DNA of 33,264 nt from the NCBI GenBank assembly GCA_050253335.1, contig JBFWJG010000027.1, positions 1 to 33,264 of the forward strand, read 5' to 3'. Numbering within the stretch: the first letter of the stretch is position 1; the number at the start of each line of letters is the position of its first letter. Positions 1 through 9,613 of this stretch are shown piece by piece. The notes under the pieces are model-generated. The model saw nothing but the letters and a program-made list of their open reading frames with translations, was not told the DNA's origin and searched no databases. The stretch comes from Deferribacterales bacterium. Lineage in GTDB: Bacteria; Chrysiogenota; Deferribacteres; Deferribacterales; Geovibrionaceae. Both the position numbers and the translations under genes were made by a program.

Positions 1-15
1 GCGTAAGAGATTGAG

Positions 16-1737
16 TCACTGCGGGGAGCATGGCGGTGCGGTTGTAGAGGTGGCATTGCCCGCTGCTGCTTTTCGCATATTCAAAAAGTTTTTAGTCCTG
101 AACCTGCCCACAAGCTCCTCCAGACCTTCGGCCTGTTTGCTGAGCTCAACAACTGTCGAGGCTATCTCGTCTATGGATATTGAGCTGCGCTCTATGTTGC
201 CGGATATAACCTGTGTGTTCTGGTTGATATTCTGTATGGCCGTCACCTGCTCCTCAACACTGGCCGCAATAATTCCGCTAGCCGTGTCTATCTGTTTGAC
301 GGATTCGACTATGAGGTCGAAGAAGCTCTGGGTTTCCTCTATGATTTCCACTCCGCCCTCGACCTTGCTTCTTGCCTTTGTCATGCTTTCAGAAGCCATG
401 TCAGCCTCATTCCTGAGTGCGGTTATTATGCTGTCTATCTCTTTGATCGCGCTCTGGGAGCGTTCGGCAAGCTTGCGCACCTCATCAGCGACAACTGCAA
501 ATCCTCTTCCGTGCTCCCCTGCCCTTGCGGCTTCGATAGCGGCGTTCAGAGCCAGAAGGTTTGTCTGATCCGCAATATCGTTAATAACGTTGAGTATGTT
601 CCCGATCCTGCGGGATGACTGCGAAAGGTTGTCAACCGTGGCTCCCAGATCGTCCACATTGCTTTTTATATCGGTTATCTCCTTCACGGCGGAAAGAAGC
701 TTGGTTCTGCCTGCGGTGATGTTTTTATCAGCGGTCTCAGTCCTGTCCTTCATCTCATCCAGTGAGCGCAGAACCTCTTCGGAGGAAACGCTTATCTCCT
801 CCGTGGCGGAGGCTGTGGCAACTATCTGGGAGGACTGATCGCCGAAACTGACCGCAAGATGCTCGGAGGTTGCGGAAAGCTGTGTGCTCCCCGCCGCAAC
901 CTGACGCGCGGAATCCTTCACGGTGTTTATAATTTCGCTGAGTTTCCCGACAAACCTGTTGAAATGCCCAGCCATTTCACCTATTTCATCCCTGCCTTTG
1001 ACAGGGAGGGAGACAGTGAGATCCCCTTCCCCTTCGGAAATCTGCCTGAGCACATCGTTGGCGCTTTTTATTCCGCTTACAAGGGTTCGTGTAATCACAA
1101 GAGCCACAGCAAGGCCGAAGAGGACGCCGATAACAGTGAAGAATACCAGCCCGTAAACTGCGCTTTTCTCAACAAGGTGCGCTCTTTCGCCGAGTCTGGC
1201 TATCTCTGCGTTGTTCACTTCGGTGAGCGCGTCAATCTTGTCTCTCATTGCCTGAAAAGCTTTCGCCCCATCTCCCAGAGTCAGGACAAGGGCAAGCGCC
1301 CGCCCTTCATTCGTGTCCTCTTTGCGGGCTTCCACAATCCGCATGGAAACCGCTTCCCACTCTCTCCGCAGCCGTTCGTATTCATCGAGCAGGGCTTTTT
1401 CTTCCGGCAGGGTTGCAGTTTCCTTATATTTGTTTATTCTGTCCCGCGACTGGCCTGCATTATCGCTGTACTCTTTCAGAAGAATCTGAAAATTATCGCT
1501 TTCCGCATTGGAGAAAATCATGGTTCTCTCCGCTATGAGAAGCTGGTGAAGATCCCTGTCGGCCTCAAGGAGAAGCTGAACCGCAGGCATTCTGACCTGC
1601 ATGGCATCATTGAGAAGATTGTCGATACTGGCTGTGCTTCTGTGCCCCACAAAGCCTGTGGCGGCAAGGAGCAGGATTAATATCCCGAAACTTATAAGAA
1701 GTTTTGTTCCGATTCTGATATTGCTAAGAAAAGTCAT
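16..1737 (-). CDS. Methyl-accepting chemotaxis protein (TM - four-helix-bundle sensor - TM - HAMP - signalling domain)
   Basis: Two TM segments, HAMP ([19 protein letters not shown]), hairpin-tip motif [38 protein letters not shown]. Confidence 0.95.
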   Translation of the reverse strand: MTFLSNIRIGTKLLISFGILILLLAATGFVGHRSTASIDNLLNDAMQVRMPAVQLLLEADRDLHQLLIAERTMIFSNAESDNFQILLKEYSDNAGQSRDRINKYKETATLPEEKALLDEYERLRREWEAVSMRIVEARKEDTNEGRALALVLTLGDGAKAFQAMRDKIDALTEVNNAEIARLGERAHLVEKSAVYGLVFFTVIGVLFGLAVALVITRTLVSGIKSANDVLRQISEGEGDLTVSLPVKGRDEIGEMAGHFNRFVGKLSEIINTVKDSARQVAAGSTQLSATSEHLAVSFGDQSSQIVATASATEEISVSSEEVLRSLDEMKDRTETADKNITAGRTKLLSAVKEITDIKSNVDDLGATVDNLSQSSRRIGNILNVINDIADQTNLLALNAAIEAARAGEHGRGFAVVADEVRKLAERSQSAIKEIDSIITALRNEADMASESMTKARSKVEGGVEIIEETQSFFDLIVESVKQIDTASGIIAASVEEQVTAIQNINQNTQVISGNIERSSISIDEIASTVVELSKQAEGLEELVGRFRTKNFLNMRKAAAGNATSTTAPPCSPQ

Positions 1738-1783
1738 AAGAGCCTCTCAGGACGATGTTAAAGTTTGTACGGCTGTATACGCA

Positions 1784-1811
1784 ATTATACGATCCGGAAA
1801 ATAATTATCAA
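1784..1811 (-). promoter_or_regulatory. Putative sigma70 promoter of the MCP gene
   Basis: Minus strand TTGATA (1811-1806) - 16 nt - TATAAT (1789-1784). Confidence 0.5.
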
Positions 1812-1841
1812 GTTAAAGTGTTTTAAAAGAAACTTTGAGAA

Positions 1842-1862
1842 CCCGCCGGAGGAACCGGCGGG
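1842..1862 (-). terminator. Intrinsic terminator of the trp operon
   Basis: 8-bp GC stem CCCGCCGG/CCGGCGGG just after the trpA stop, followed on the minus strand by an interrupted T-rich run. Confidence 0.6.
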
Positions 1863-1874
1863 ATAACATCATGA

Positions 1875-2576
1875 TTAAATAAGAGAATTTACAAATTCAG
1901 AGTAAGCGGCGGGATTCTTCTGGAGCTTAACCGCCGCGGTGCCCACCACAAAGCCGTCCGCGACATTCAGAGCCTTGTCCGCATCGGTTTTGTCCTTTAT
2001 GCCGAAACCCATGACTATCTTCTTATCGGTAAACGCTTTTATCTGCTGTATGCGCTCAGAGATTTCAGGAGAGGACAAGTCCACACTGCCCCCGGTTATG
2101 CCCCTTATGCCTATGAAGTAGATGAAATCACCCTGCATAACAGCGGCTTTCTTTATATCCTCCTCCCGTGATTCGGGAGTAACGAACGGAATCAGGGGAA
2201 TCTCAAACCCCTGTTCATAAAAATAGCTGTGAAGCATGTTCGGCACATCGGGGATAATGAGCCCTGAGAGCACATCCCTGAAATCGTCCGAAAACTTCTT
2301 TATTCCGTAGTTATATATAATGTTGGCATATGTCATTATGTACAGTTTCGCGTTCCCTTTGCGGAGGGTTTTAAGCCCCGCGAGAACATCCCCTGCCTTC
2401 ACTCCCGAACCCAGCGCCTCCTGCACCGCAGAAGCAATCACGGGGCCGTCCGCCACAGGCTCGCTGAAGGGAACGCCTATTTCCACAAATTCGTAGCCGG
2501 CGCTTATCACAGCATCAAAACATTTAACGAAGCTCTCCCTGTCAGGATAGTTGCCTACAATGTATATCCCTCTCAT
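1875..2576 (-). CDS. trpA: Tryptophan synthase alpha chain
   Basis: [29 protein letters not shown] and ADGFVVGTA motifs; last gene of the trp operon. Confidence 0.95.
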   Translation of the reverse strand: MRGIYIVGNYPDRESFVKCFDAVISAGYEFVEIGVPFSEPVADGPVIASAVQEALGSGVKAGDVLAGLKTLRKGNAKLYIMTYANIIYNYGIKKFSDDFRDVLSGLIIPDVPNMLHSYFYEQGFEIPLIPFVTPESREEDIKKAAVMQGDFIYFIGIRGITGGSVDLSSPEISERIQQIKAFTDKKIVMGFGIKDKTDADKALNVADGFVVGTAAVKLQKNPAAYSEFVNSLI

Positions 2577-3715
2577 ATATCCCTCTCTGAATCCTTGTCT
2601 CCCCTGCCGGAGAGGTTGATAAGCACCTTTCTGCCCTTGAACTTATCCTTGTTTTTCAACACATAGGCTATGGCGTGGCTCGATTCCACAGCGGGAACTA
2701 TCCCTTCCCTGCGGGCAAGCTCACGGAAGGCGAAAACTGCGTCCTCATCCCTGACCTTGTCATATGTAACCCTGCCTGTGCTGTGCAGATATGAGTGTTC
2801 GGGTCCTATGCCAGGGTAATCCAGCCCCGCCGCGATGGAATGCACATCCGCGACCTGCCCGTCCGCCGTCTGCACGAGGTAGGTCACGCATCCGTGCAGA
2901 ATTCCCGCCCTGCCCTTTCCTATGGCCATGGCGTGATCCCCTTCGTCATCCGAGAGACCGCCCGCCTCTATGCCGTAAAGCCCGCAGGGGGTGTTCAGAA
3001 AGCCTTTGAATATACCTATAGCGTTGCTGCCGCCGCCGACACAGGCCACCACAGCATCAGGGAGAAAGCCCATCTCCTCGAAGCTTGCCCTTGCCTCCAT
3101 GCCGATTACACTCTGAAAGTGCGCAACCATCTCCGGAAACGGATGAGGCCCTATGACGGAGCCGATTATGTAATGAGTGTCCTCAACGTTTTTAACCCAG
3201 TCACGCATGGCGGCGTTCGTGGCATCTTTCAGGGTTTTTGAGCCGTCATGGACAAGCTCAAGCTTTGCGCCCAGAAGCTTCATTCTGTCCACATTGGGCT
3301 TCTGCCTCGCCGCGTCCACCGCACCCATGTACACTGTGCAGTCCAGCCCGAAGAGTGCGGCAACCGTGGCAGTTGCCACGCCGTGCTGTCCGGCTCCTGT
3401 TTCGGCGATTATCCTTTTCTTGCCCATGTAGCGGGTAAGGAGCGCCTGACCTATAGTATTATTTATCTTATGGGAGCCTGTGTGGTTAAGGTCTTCCCTT
3501 TTAAGGTAAATCTCGACTCCGTATTCCTCGGACATCCTTGAGGCATAATAAACCGGAGAGGGTCTGCCTATGTAGGTTGTGCTGTATCTGGCGAGATCCT
3601 TCTGAAACTCCGGATCGTCTTTAAGCCTGTTAAACTCTCTTTCAAGCTGTTCCAGCGCGGGAACAAGTGTTTCGGGAACGAACATTCCGCCGAAATCACC
3701 GAAAAATCCTTTCAT
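2573..3715 (-). CDS. trpB: Tryptophan synthase beta chain (TrpB1)
   Basis: [16 protein letters not shown] (PLP lysine), [35 protein letters not shown]; 4-nt overlaps with both neighbours. Confidence 0.98.
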   Translation of the reverse strand: MKGFFGDFGGMFVPETLVPALEQLEREFNRLKDDPEFQKDLARYSTTYIGRPSPVYYASRMSEEYGVEIYLKREDLNHTGSHKINNTIGQALLTRYMGKKRIIAETGAGQHGVATATVAALFGLDCTVYMGAVDAARQKPNVDRMKLLGAKLELVHDGSKTLKDATNAAMRDWVKNVEDTHYIIGSVIGPHPFPEMVAHFQSVIGMEARASFEEMGFLPDAVVACVGGGSNAIGIFKGFLNTPCGLYGIEAGGLSDDEGDHAMAIGKGRAGILHGCVTYLVQTADGQVADVHSIAAGLDYPGIGPEHSYLHSTGRVTYDKVRDEDAVFAFRELARREGIVPAVESSHAIAYVLKNKDKFKGRKVLINLSGRGDKDSERDI

Positions 3716-4251
3716 ATATCCGCTCCTCTTACTGCATCTATAAATTTTTTCATAAGTTCATAGTCCTTTACGCCGTCTTTCTCCACTCCGGAGGAAACAT
3801 CGGCCCCGAACGGGCGCACAGCTTTCACAGCATCCGCAACATTATCGGGGTTAAGCCCGCCTGAGATCAAAAGCTTGTCGCTGTATGCGCTGAGCCATTC
3901 GGGAAAGCCTTTGTATATGCCTGAGCCTCTGCTTGCGTCATAAACAAAGAGGGCGCATTCCGCATCCCGCTCGTCTCTGTCTGACGCATAGGCGAGATTG
4001 GGCAGGTTCACCGCCTCAGACACCTGAACATAGTCCGCCAGATGCGCCGCCTCCTTCACCTCAGCAAAGCTTACGCCGACAACGAACGTTTTTATCCTTC
4101 CCTGAGCGTATGTTATAAGCCTGGCCGCCTCTTCGGCGTTCACGTATCTTCTGCTGGGTTTATGCATAACGAAGCCTGCGGCATCGTAACCCAGCTCGAC
4201 CGCCTTATCTATCTGCTCAAATGTTTTTAAACCGCAGATTTTTACAAACAT
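3712..4251 (-). CDS. trpF: Phosphoribosylanthranilate isomerase
   Basis: VKICGL N-terminus; SGGLNPDNV and DVSSGVE motifs. Confidence 0.95.
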   Translation of the reverse strand: MFVKICGLKTFEQIDKAVELGYDAAGFVMHKPSRRYVNAEEAARLITYAQGRIKTFVVGVSFAEVKEAAHLADYVQVSEAVNLPNLAYASDRDERDAECALFVYDASRGSGIYKGFPEWLSAYSDKLLISGGLNPDNVADAVKAVRPFGADVSSGVEKDGVKDYELMKKFIDAVRGADI

Positions 4252-4991
4252 GCCGCCGCCATCATCTCAGCGAAAAGCTCCTCTATCCTGTCGGAAGCCA
4301 TAAGCCCTGAGCCGATGAGGAACGCATCCGCCCCTGCCCCGCGCATCATGGCCACATCCATCGGCTTTTTCATGCCGCTTTCCGCCACCTTCATGTAGTC
4401 GCCGTTCAGAATATCCAGCATGTGCGCACCGTAACCCATGTGTATATCAAGAGTTTTCAGGTTACGGTTGTTCACCCCCAGAAGCTTGGGCTCGCAGGCC
4501 AGTACTGTCTCTATCTCCTCAAGGGCGTGCACCTCGAAAAGCACCTCCAGCCCCAGAATGCGTGCCTTTTTAGCGAGATAAAGCATCTCTTCCTTACTCA
4601 GCACAGAGGCCATCAGCAGGACACAGTCCGCCCCTGCGGTGTATGCGTTTGTTATCTGCCGTTCATCAATGATGAAGTCCTTGCAGAGAACGGGAATCTT
4701 GACTTCCGCCGCAACCGCCGCCAGATCGCTTATGCTCCCCTTGAAGTATTTTTCATCACAGAGAACACTCACCGCACCTGCGCCGAGGCGTTCATAGGTT
4801 TTTGCCTGAACAACCGGATCGGCCGCCGTGTTTATATCACCCAGAGAAGGAGAGGCCTTCTTGACCTCCGCTATTATCGGCTTTGTTCTGAGCGATTCCC
4901 TGAAATTCAGCACAGGCTTTGTCCGCCTGCCCGGAAAGGTTTTCAGGGTTTCCATCTCTCTGCGTTTATTGGCTATTATTTCATCCAGCAT
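4242..4991 (-). CDS. trpC: Indole-3-glycerol-phosphate synthase
   Basis: IAEVKKASPSLG, KDFIID, GVNNRNL, AESG motifs; start moved to ATG 4991 (MLDEII), which has a GAGG SD and follows the trpD stop. Confidence 0.95.
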   Translation of the reverse strand: MLDEIIANKRREMETLKTFPGRRTKPVLNFRESLRTKPIIAEVKKASPSLGDINTAADPVVQAKTYERLGAGAVSVLCDEKYFKGSISDLAAVAAEVKIPVLCKDFIIDERQITNAYTAGADCVLLMASVLSKEEMLYLAKKARILGLEVLFEVHALEEIETVLACEPKLLGVNNRNLKTLDIHMGYGAHMLDILNGDYMKVAESGMKKPMDVAMMRGAGADAFLIGSGLMASDRIEELFAEMMAAACL

Positions 4992-4992
4992 T

Positions 4993-5976
4993 TCAACCTC
5001 TGAGGCTTTCGAGCTTTTCAACCACTTTTCCGCTTTTTATCACGGATTTCGCCTTTTCAAAACCATCTTTCATATCAGCGCAGATTCCGCTCACATAAAA
5101 AGCCAGAGCTGTGTTCAGGGCTATGAGATCCGTAAGCTGTTCGTCCTCTCCGGCTATGGCTCTGAGGAATTTGGACTTTGCGTCCTCATCGTCAGCTACC
5201 ACGGGCATTTCAAAGGGTGTGAAGAAATCAGCCGGATTAACGCTGAATTTCTCGACTCCGCCGGATGTTATCCTGCAGCAGAGTGTGGGGGCGCTGCTTG
5301 AAACCTCGTCATATCCGTCTTCCGAGCTGTAGAGGATTACCCCTGTTCTGCCCATTTTTTCAATGGCTTTTGCCAGTTTTTCAAGCTTGTCTATGTTGCT
5401 TATCCCTATGAGCTGGTAATCAGGGTCGCAGGGGTTTGAGAGAGGTCCGAGGAAATTGAAAACAGTGGGAACCTTGATCGCTTTTCTCACCGGACCAGCG
5501 TACTTCATTGCGGGGTGGAACTTCGGAGCGAAGAGGAAGACATAGCCGTGCTTCTCGAAATATTCTCTGTCCTTCCCTTCGTCAAACTCAATGGGAACAC
5601 CGAGATGACGCAGAATATCCGCTGAGCCTACCTTGCCGCTCTGTGCCACGTTTCCGTGCTTCACTATATTCACGCCCGCCGCCGCCAGCACGAGGGAGAC
5701 CGCAGTGGAGACATTGATTGTGGATTTTCCGTCACCGCCTGTTCCGCAGGTGTCTATGACTATCCTGTCGCCCTTGTCCAGACGTATCTTCTTCTTGTTC
5801 ATGGCGTTTGCCGCACCGGCTATTTCGTCCGGAGTTTCACCCCGAAGGCGCATAGCCACCAGAACGGCCGCTATCTCCGCCTCGGTGAGTTCCCCCGCCA
5901 TTATGGCGTCAAAAAGTTCGCTTGCCTCTTCAAAGCTGAGTTCATGCCCCATGGCGGTTTTCTGTACCAGAGTCAT
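4993..5976 (-). CDS. trpD: Anthranilate phosphoribosyltransferase
   Basis: DTCGTGGDG, NVST, KHGN, GSAD, FNFLGPLSNP motifs. Confidence 0.97.
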   Translation of the reverse strand: MTLVQKTAMGHELSFEEASELFDAIMAGELTEAEIAAVLVAMRLRGETPDEIAGAANAMNKKKIRLDKGDRIVIDTCGTGGDGKSTINVSTAVSLVLAAAGVNIVKHGNVAQSGKVGSADILRHLGVPIEFDEGKDREYFEKHGYVFLFAPKFHPAMKYAGPVRKAIKVPTVFNFLGPLSNPCDPDYQLIGISNIDKLEKLAKAIEKMGRTGVILYSSEDGYDEVSSSAPTLCCRITSGGVEKFSVNPADFFTPFEMPVVADDEDAKSKFLRAIAGEDEQLTDLIALNTALAFYVSGICADMKDGFEKAKSVIKSGKVVEKLESLRG

Positions 5977-6527
5977 TTTATCCCCCTTGCGAAATTTATG
6001 AAATTAGTGACCATTCTCGCACCCTCTTCACTGCGCACAGATTCCGGATGAAACTGAACGCCGAAGAGCATTTTTTCCTTATCTTCCATAGCCATAACCT
6101 CGCCGTCGCTTTTCGCTCTTGCTGTCACGAGATGATCCGCGCCTTTTACGGCAAGGGAGTGGTAGCGCACGGCGTCAAACTCGTTTATCCCTTCAAAAAT
6201 AACGCTTTTCTCCGCCTTCACCCTGTCTATCTTTCCGTGCATGACGGACTTTGCTTTGCCCACCTCATAACCCAGATGATAGCCTATCGCCTGCATTCCG
6301 AGGCAGACACCGAATATGGGCTTTCTGCCTGCGTATTCTTTCAGGTAGTGCAGGCTTGTGCCTGAGTTTGCGGGGTGCGAAGGGCCGGGGGATATTATGA
6401 TCCCTTCGTATTTATCGGCATTAACCGTTTCGTTATTTTTTATAAGCTCAACCTCCGCGCCGTTCAGCCTGAACAGGGCATACAGGTTGTATGTGAATGA
6501 ATCGTAGTTATCAACGAGCAAAAACAT
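5973..6527 (-). CDS. trpG: Anthranilate synthase component II (glutamine amidotransferase)
   Basis: DNYDSFTYNL, SPGP, GVCLGMQ, RYHSL, GVQFHPES. Confidence 0.96.
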   Translation of the reverse strand: MFLLVDNYDSFTYNLYALFRLNGAEVELIKNNETVNADKYEGIIISPGPSHPANSGTSLHYLKEYAGRKPIFGVCLGMQAIGYHLGYEVGKAKSVMHGKIDRVKAEKSVIFEGINEFDAVRYHSLAVKGADHLVTARAKSDGEVMAMEDKEKMLFGVQFHPESVRSEEGARMVTNFINFARGIK

Positions 6528-7983
6528 TGCTGTCCTCCAGATTTTTCAGTCTCTCGCACGCGGCGAACATAGCGTTCAGCTTGTTGTTTACCTCTTTGAA
6601 TTCGTTTTCCGGCTTGCTGTCGTAAACTATGCCCGCTCCGGCGCGGAGTATCATTTTGTCCGGCTTAACAAGCGCGCTTCTTATGGTTATGCATGTGTCG
6701 AGGCTGCCGCTGTAGCCGAAGTAGCCCACACATCCCGCGTAAAATCCCCTCGGCGTGCTTTCGTATTTGCTGATAAGCTCCATAGCCCGCACCTTCGGCG
6801 CGCCGCTCACTGTGCCCGCGGGAAAGGTTTTCATGAATGCGTTCAGGGGCGAGAAGCCCTCTTTAAGCTTTCCGGAAACTGAAGAGACTATGTGAACCAC
6901 ATGGGAATAAACCTCCGCCTGAAAGCATTCGTCAACATTCACGCTCTCAGGCTCACATCCGGCGTAAAGGTCGTTGCGGGCAAGGTCAAGGAGCATGAGG
7001 TGCTCTGAAATCTCTTTCGGATCATTCAGAAGAGCGTTCTTTATTCCTTCAATGTCATCACCTATGGGGTAAGTTCCCGCTATGGGCTTGAGCACCGCTT
7101 TTCTGCCAACTACTTTCAGGTGTATTTCGGGGGACGAACCGCAGAGAACATCCTTTCCGAACTTGAGATAAAACATATAGGGAGAAGGGTTTACATTGCG
7201 CAGTGCCCTGTAGAAGCTAACGGGGTTTACCTTAGCCTTAATCTCGAACCTGTTGGAGAGAACAACCTGAATAGCCTCGCCTTCTATAATTTCGCCCCTG
7301 AGTTTTTCCACAAGTTCCATATATTCCGGCTGTTCGAACTCCTTAACAGGGTCAGACATACCGGAATCGTGGGAGTCAAAGTTAAGCCCGTGAAGCTCGC
7401 CCGCCATGGCCTCTGTGCGTTTTACCGCCTTGGCGTATGCCTCTTCCGCATCCCCTTTCAGCGGAACGGAGCAAGCGGCGTAAATCCTTCCCATGCGGTT
7501 GTCAAACACATAGAACTCATCCACTTCGAAAAAGCCTATGAGGTTCTCATCTGAAGGCTCGGGGAGAAGCTCGCGGAGCGTGCCCATGTAGTTTGCCGAT
7601 TCGTAGCCGAAATAGCCCACAAAACCGCCCGCAAAGTCGCCGAAACGTCCGTCGTTGTACCCTTTGCTTTTGAAAAACTCCTGCCCGAGATAATCCATTG
7701 GGTTCATCATGAAGGTGTTCTTCTTGCCCCCCTTCTCCTCTGTAACGGTTCCGCCCTTGAAGGTTATCACCCTCTTGGGCTTGCGGCCGAAGAAAGAGAA
7801 CCTTGAAAAAGTCTTGTCGAGATTCGCACTCTCCAGAAGAAAAACATGCTTCTCGTTTGAAAAATTGCGGAGAAGAGCAATGGGTGTAAGCGTGTCCCCG
7901 GCTATCTCCCTGTAAACCGTGGCACGGTCATACTGCGCTCCGTCCGCTATCTCCTTGAAAACACTCAGTTCGGGATAGATCAT
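6511..7983 (-). CDS. trpE: Anthranilate synthase component I
   Basis: LLES, NPSPYMF, SPE, PIAGT, EHLMLLDLARND, FPAGTVSGAPKVRAM, AGAGIVYDS; ATG 7983 has an AGGAG SD (alternative GTG at 7992). Confidence 0.96.
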   Translation of the reverse strand: MIYPELSVFKEIADGAQYDRATVYREIAGDTLTPIALLRNFSNEKHVFLLESANLDKTFSRFSFFGRKPKRVITFKGGTVTEEKGGKKNTFMMNPMDYLGQEFFKSKGYNDGRFGDFAGGFVGYFGYESANYMGTLRELLPEPSDENLIGFFEVDEFYVFDNRMGRIYAACSVPLKGDAEEAYAKAVKRTEAMAGELHGLNFDSHDSGMSDPVKEFEQPEYMELVEKLRGEIIEGEAIQVVLSNRFEIKAKVNPVSFYRALRNVNPSPYMFYLKFGKDVLCGSSPEIHLKVVGRKAVLKPIAGTYPIGDDIEGIKNALLNDPKEISEHLMLLDLARNDLYAGCEPESVNVDECFQAEVYSHVVHIVSSVSGKLKEGFSPLNAFMKTFPAGTVSGAPKVRAMELISKYESTPRGFYAGCVGYFGYSGSLDTCITIRSALVKPDKMILRAGAGIVYDSKPENEFKEVNNKLNAMFAACERLKNLEDSNVFAR

Positions 7984-8070
7984 TTTATTCACTCCTATCT
8001 TAATTAATTTTTATTTATTCATTCTTCAGTTATTTCGATAAACCGTTATAAGTTTTCATTCGTTTAAGTT

Positions 8071-8166
8071 TTTTCAAAAAACTACATCCTGTGTTTTTTG
8101 AAAAGACGCTCGCGGCGGGGTAACCCCGCCTTCGCTTCGCACGGCGCATTCCCGTCCGTGGGAATG
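8071..8166. repeat. Three-hairpin dispersed repeat, copy in the trpE 5' region
   Basis: Stem-(TACATCCTGT)-stem, GACGCTCGC, GGCGGG-GTAAC-CCCGCC, TTCGCTTCGCACGGCG, CATTCCC-GTCCGT-GGGAATG; same layout as 12453-12544. Confidence 0.8.
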
Positions 8167-8201
8167 TGTGACTACCCTCATCACCAACTCCGAATAGTCA
8201 A

Positions 8202-8240
8202 AGCGTGTGTCCTGACTGCACAGGATGTGGCAGTCAGGAC
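8202..8240. repeat. Truncated, inverted copy of the same repeat (first hairpin plus ACACGCT linker)
   Basis: 11-bp perfect stem GTCCTGACTGC/GCAGTCAGGAC with loop ACAGGATGTG; minus strand reads CACATCCTGT-stem-ACACGCT. Confidence 0.7.
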
Positions 8241-8243
8241 TAT

Positions 8244-8282
8244 AAAAACAAAAAGGGGGTCGCTGTTTTCACAACGACCCCC
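8244..8282 (-). terminator. Second intrinsic terminator in the trp leader
   Basis: Minus strand GGGGGTCGTTGT-GAAA-ACAGCGACCCCC followed by TTTTTGTTTTT. Confidence 0.85.
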
Positions 8283-8301
8283 TCTTAAATTCGGTTAAAC
8301 C

Positions 8302-8335
8302 AAAAAGAGCCGCACGGCATGTGCCGCGCGGCTCT
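8302..8335 (-). terminator. trp attenuator terminator (segments 3:4)
   Basis: Minus strand AGAGCCGCGCGGC-ACAT-GCCGTGCGGCTCT then TTTT, about 30 nt after the leader-peptide stop. Confidence 0.85.
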
Positions 8336-8364
8336 GTATTATCACAGTATCAGCGGACAGCCTC

Positions 8365-8430
8365 CTATTCTGAAAGCGTCCACCACCAAAAATTAGCTGT
8401 AAAGTTGAAACCTTTAAATGCCATTTCCAT
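8365..8430 (-). CDS. trpL: trp operon leader peptide MEMAFKGFNFTANFWWWTLSE (21 aa; alternative start at 8424)
   Basis: Translated by hand (absent from the ORF track): three consecutive TGG codons, followed by alternative hairpins and a terminator upstream of trpE. Confidence 0.92.
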   Translation of the reverse strand: MEMAFKGFNFTANFWWWTLSE

Positions 8431-8438
8431 AATCAGCG

Positions 8439-8466
8439 ATTATATGTATCCATATAAAGAAGTCAA
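8439..8466 (-). promoter_or_regulatory. sigma70 promoter of the trp operon
   Basis: Minus strand TTGACT (8466-8461) - 16 nt - TATAAT (8444-8439), 8 nt before the trpL ATG. Confidence 0.75.
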
Positions 8467-9611
8467 GCGGAAATTTTCCGCCTTTCCTGCATGAACCATG
8501 CCGCTGTCACAGAGACAGATAAAACAGAGCCGATAAACAGCAGAAACGAGTTCCACCCGAAACCGCTGTAAACAAAACCCGGAACAAATGAACCGAATGT
8601 GCCCCCCGCGTAATAAAAAGAAACATACAGCCCGTTGGTTATCCCTTTTTTATCATCGGCTATTTTGTTGACATAGCCCGATGCCACGGAGTGCGCAAGA
8701 AACATCCCGCAGCAGAAAAGAAACATGCCGAAAAACATAACGTAAAGACTAGGGTAGGTAAACATAAAGAGCGTGCAGGCGTAAAAAGCAAGAGCCGTGA
8801 AAACAGTGTTCATCTCTCCGCCGAAAACCTTGATTATCCGCAGAGCATTCAGCGACATGACTATACCCATGATATAGCCCATGTACATGATGCCTATGGT
8901 AAAGGAGGATGAACCCGCGCTTATCTCCCTCACCCTGAAAGGTATGAAGTTCAGAATTGCGGCAAAGGTGAAGAAAGTGGCAAAAATAAGCAGGTAGATT
9001 GTGGCGAACTGCCTCTTTTTAAGCACATCCAGAACGGAACGGACGCTGAACTTTGAAATCTGTATCTCCGCCTCGTGGAGGCTTCGGATAAGCACAAAGG
9101 CAAGCGCAAGGCTGAAAGCGAGTATGAGAAACGTCCACCGCCAGCCGAAATAAGAGGCGATAAGCCCCGAAAAAAACCTTCCCGCGAAACCGCCGAGGAT
9201 AGTGGATGATATGTAGTAGGCCATCTGCTTCTGCACTGTTTCCCGCTTGGTCACTGTGGAAATATAAGTCATTATTGAAGTGAGCACAGCAGGAATAGCC
9301 ATGCCGACAAAAAAGCGTATCACTATGAGCAGGTGGAAATTATCCGTAAAAAAGAAAGCAAGCTGAAGAAGCGCCAGTGCGCCTATGCCTATTGAAAAAA
9401 GCTTTTTTGAGGAGAATGATTCCAGCATATAGCCGTAAACAATCGGCGCAATGCCGAGGGGAATCATCGTGACGGTGGTGAGCAGAGCCGCCTGCTCCTT
9501 GCTCACTCCGAATTCGCTCATCAAAATGGGCTGCAACGGCTGAGGAGCATACAGGGCGGAAAATGTCATGACCGTGGCATACACCATGATCAGAGTGTGA
9601 TAAAACCGCAC
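8463..9611 (-). CDS. MFS transporter (YnfM-like)
   Basis: About 12 hydrophobic segments; LYAPQPLQP, YISSTILGGFAGR, GWR, LYVSFYYAGGTFGS typical of YnfM-type MFS. Confidence 0.85.
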   Translation of the reverse strand: MRFYHTLIMVYATVMTFSALYAPQPLQPILMSEFGVSKEQAALLTTVTMIPLGIAPIVYGYMLESFSSKKLFSIGIGALALLQLAFFFTDNFHLLIVIRFFVGMAIPAVLTSIMTYISTVTKRETVQKQMAYYISSTILGGFAGRFFSGLIASYFGWRWTFLILAFSLALAFVLIRSLHEAEIQISKFSVRSVLDVLKKRQFATIYLLIFATFFTFAAILNFIPFRVREISAGSSSFTIGIMYMGYIMGIVMSLNALRIIKVFGGEMNTVFTALAFYACTLFMFTYPSLYVMFFGMFLFCCGMFLAHSVASGYVNKIADDKKGITNGLYVSFYYAGGTFGSFVPGFVYSGFGWNSFLLFIGSVLSVSVTAAWFMQERRKISA

Positions 9612-9613
9612 GC

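Noticed and set aside
11..1680. Long antisense ORFs over the MCP, trp, trpB2, arg and tgpA genes (e.g. 859-1680, 18362-19099, 25384-26040)
   Set aside because: Shadow frames of well-supported genes on the other strand, with no recognisable motifs
8098..8298. 66-aa + strand ORF in the trp leader
   Set aside because: Translation of repeat and terminator palindromes; TTG start with no SD
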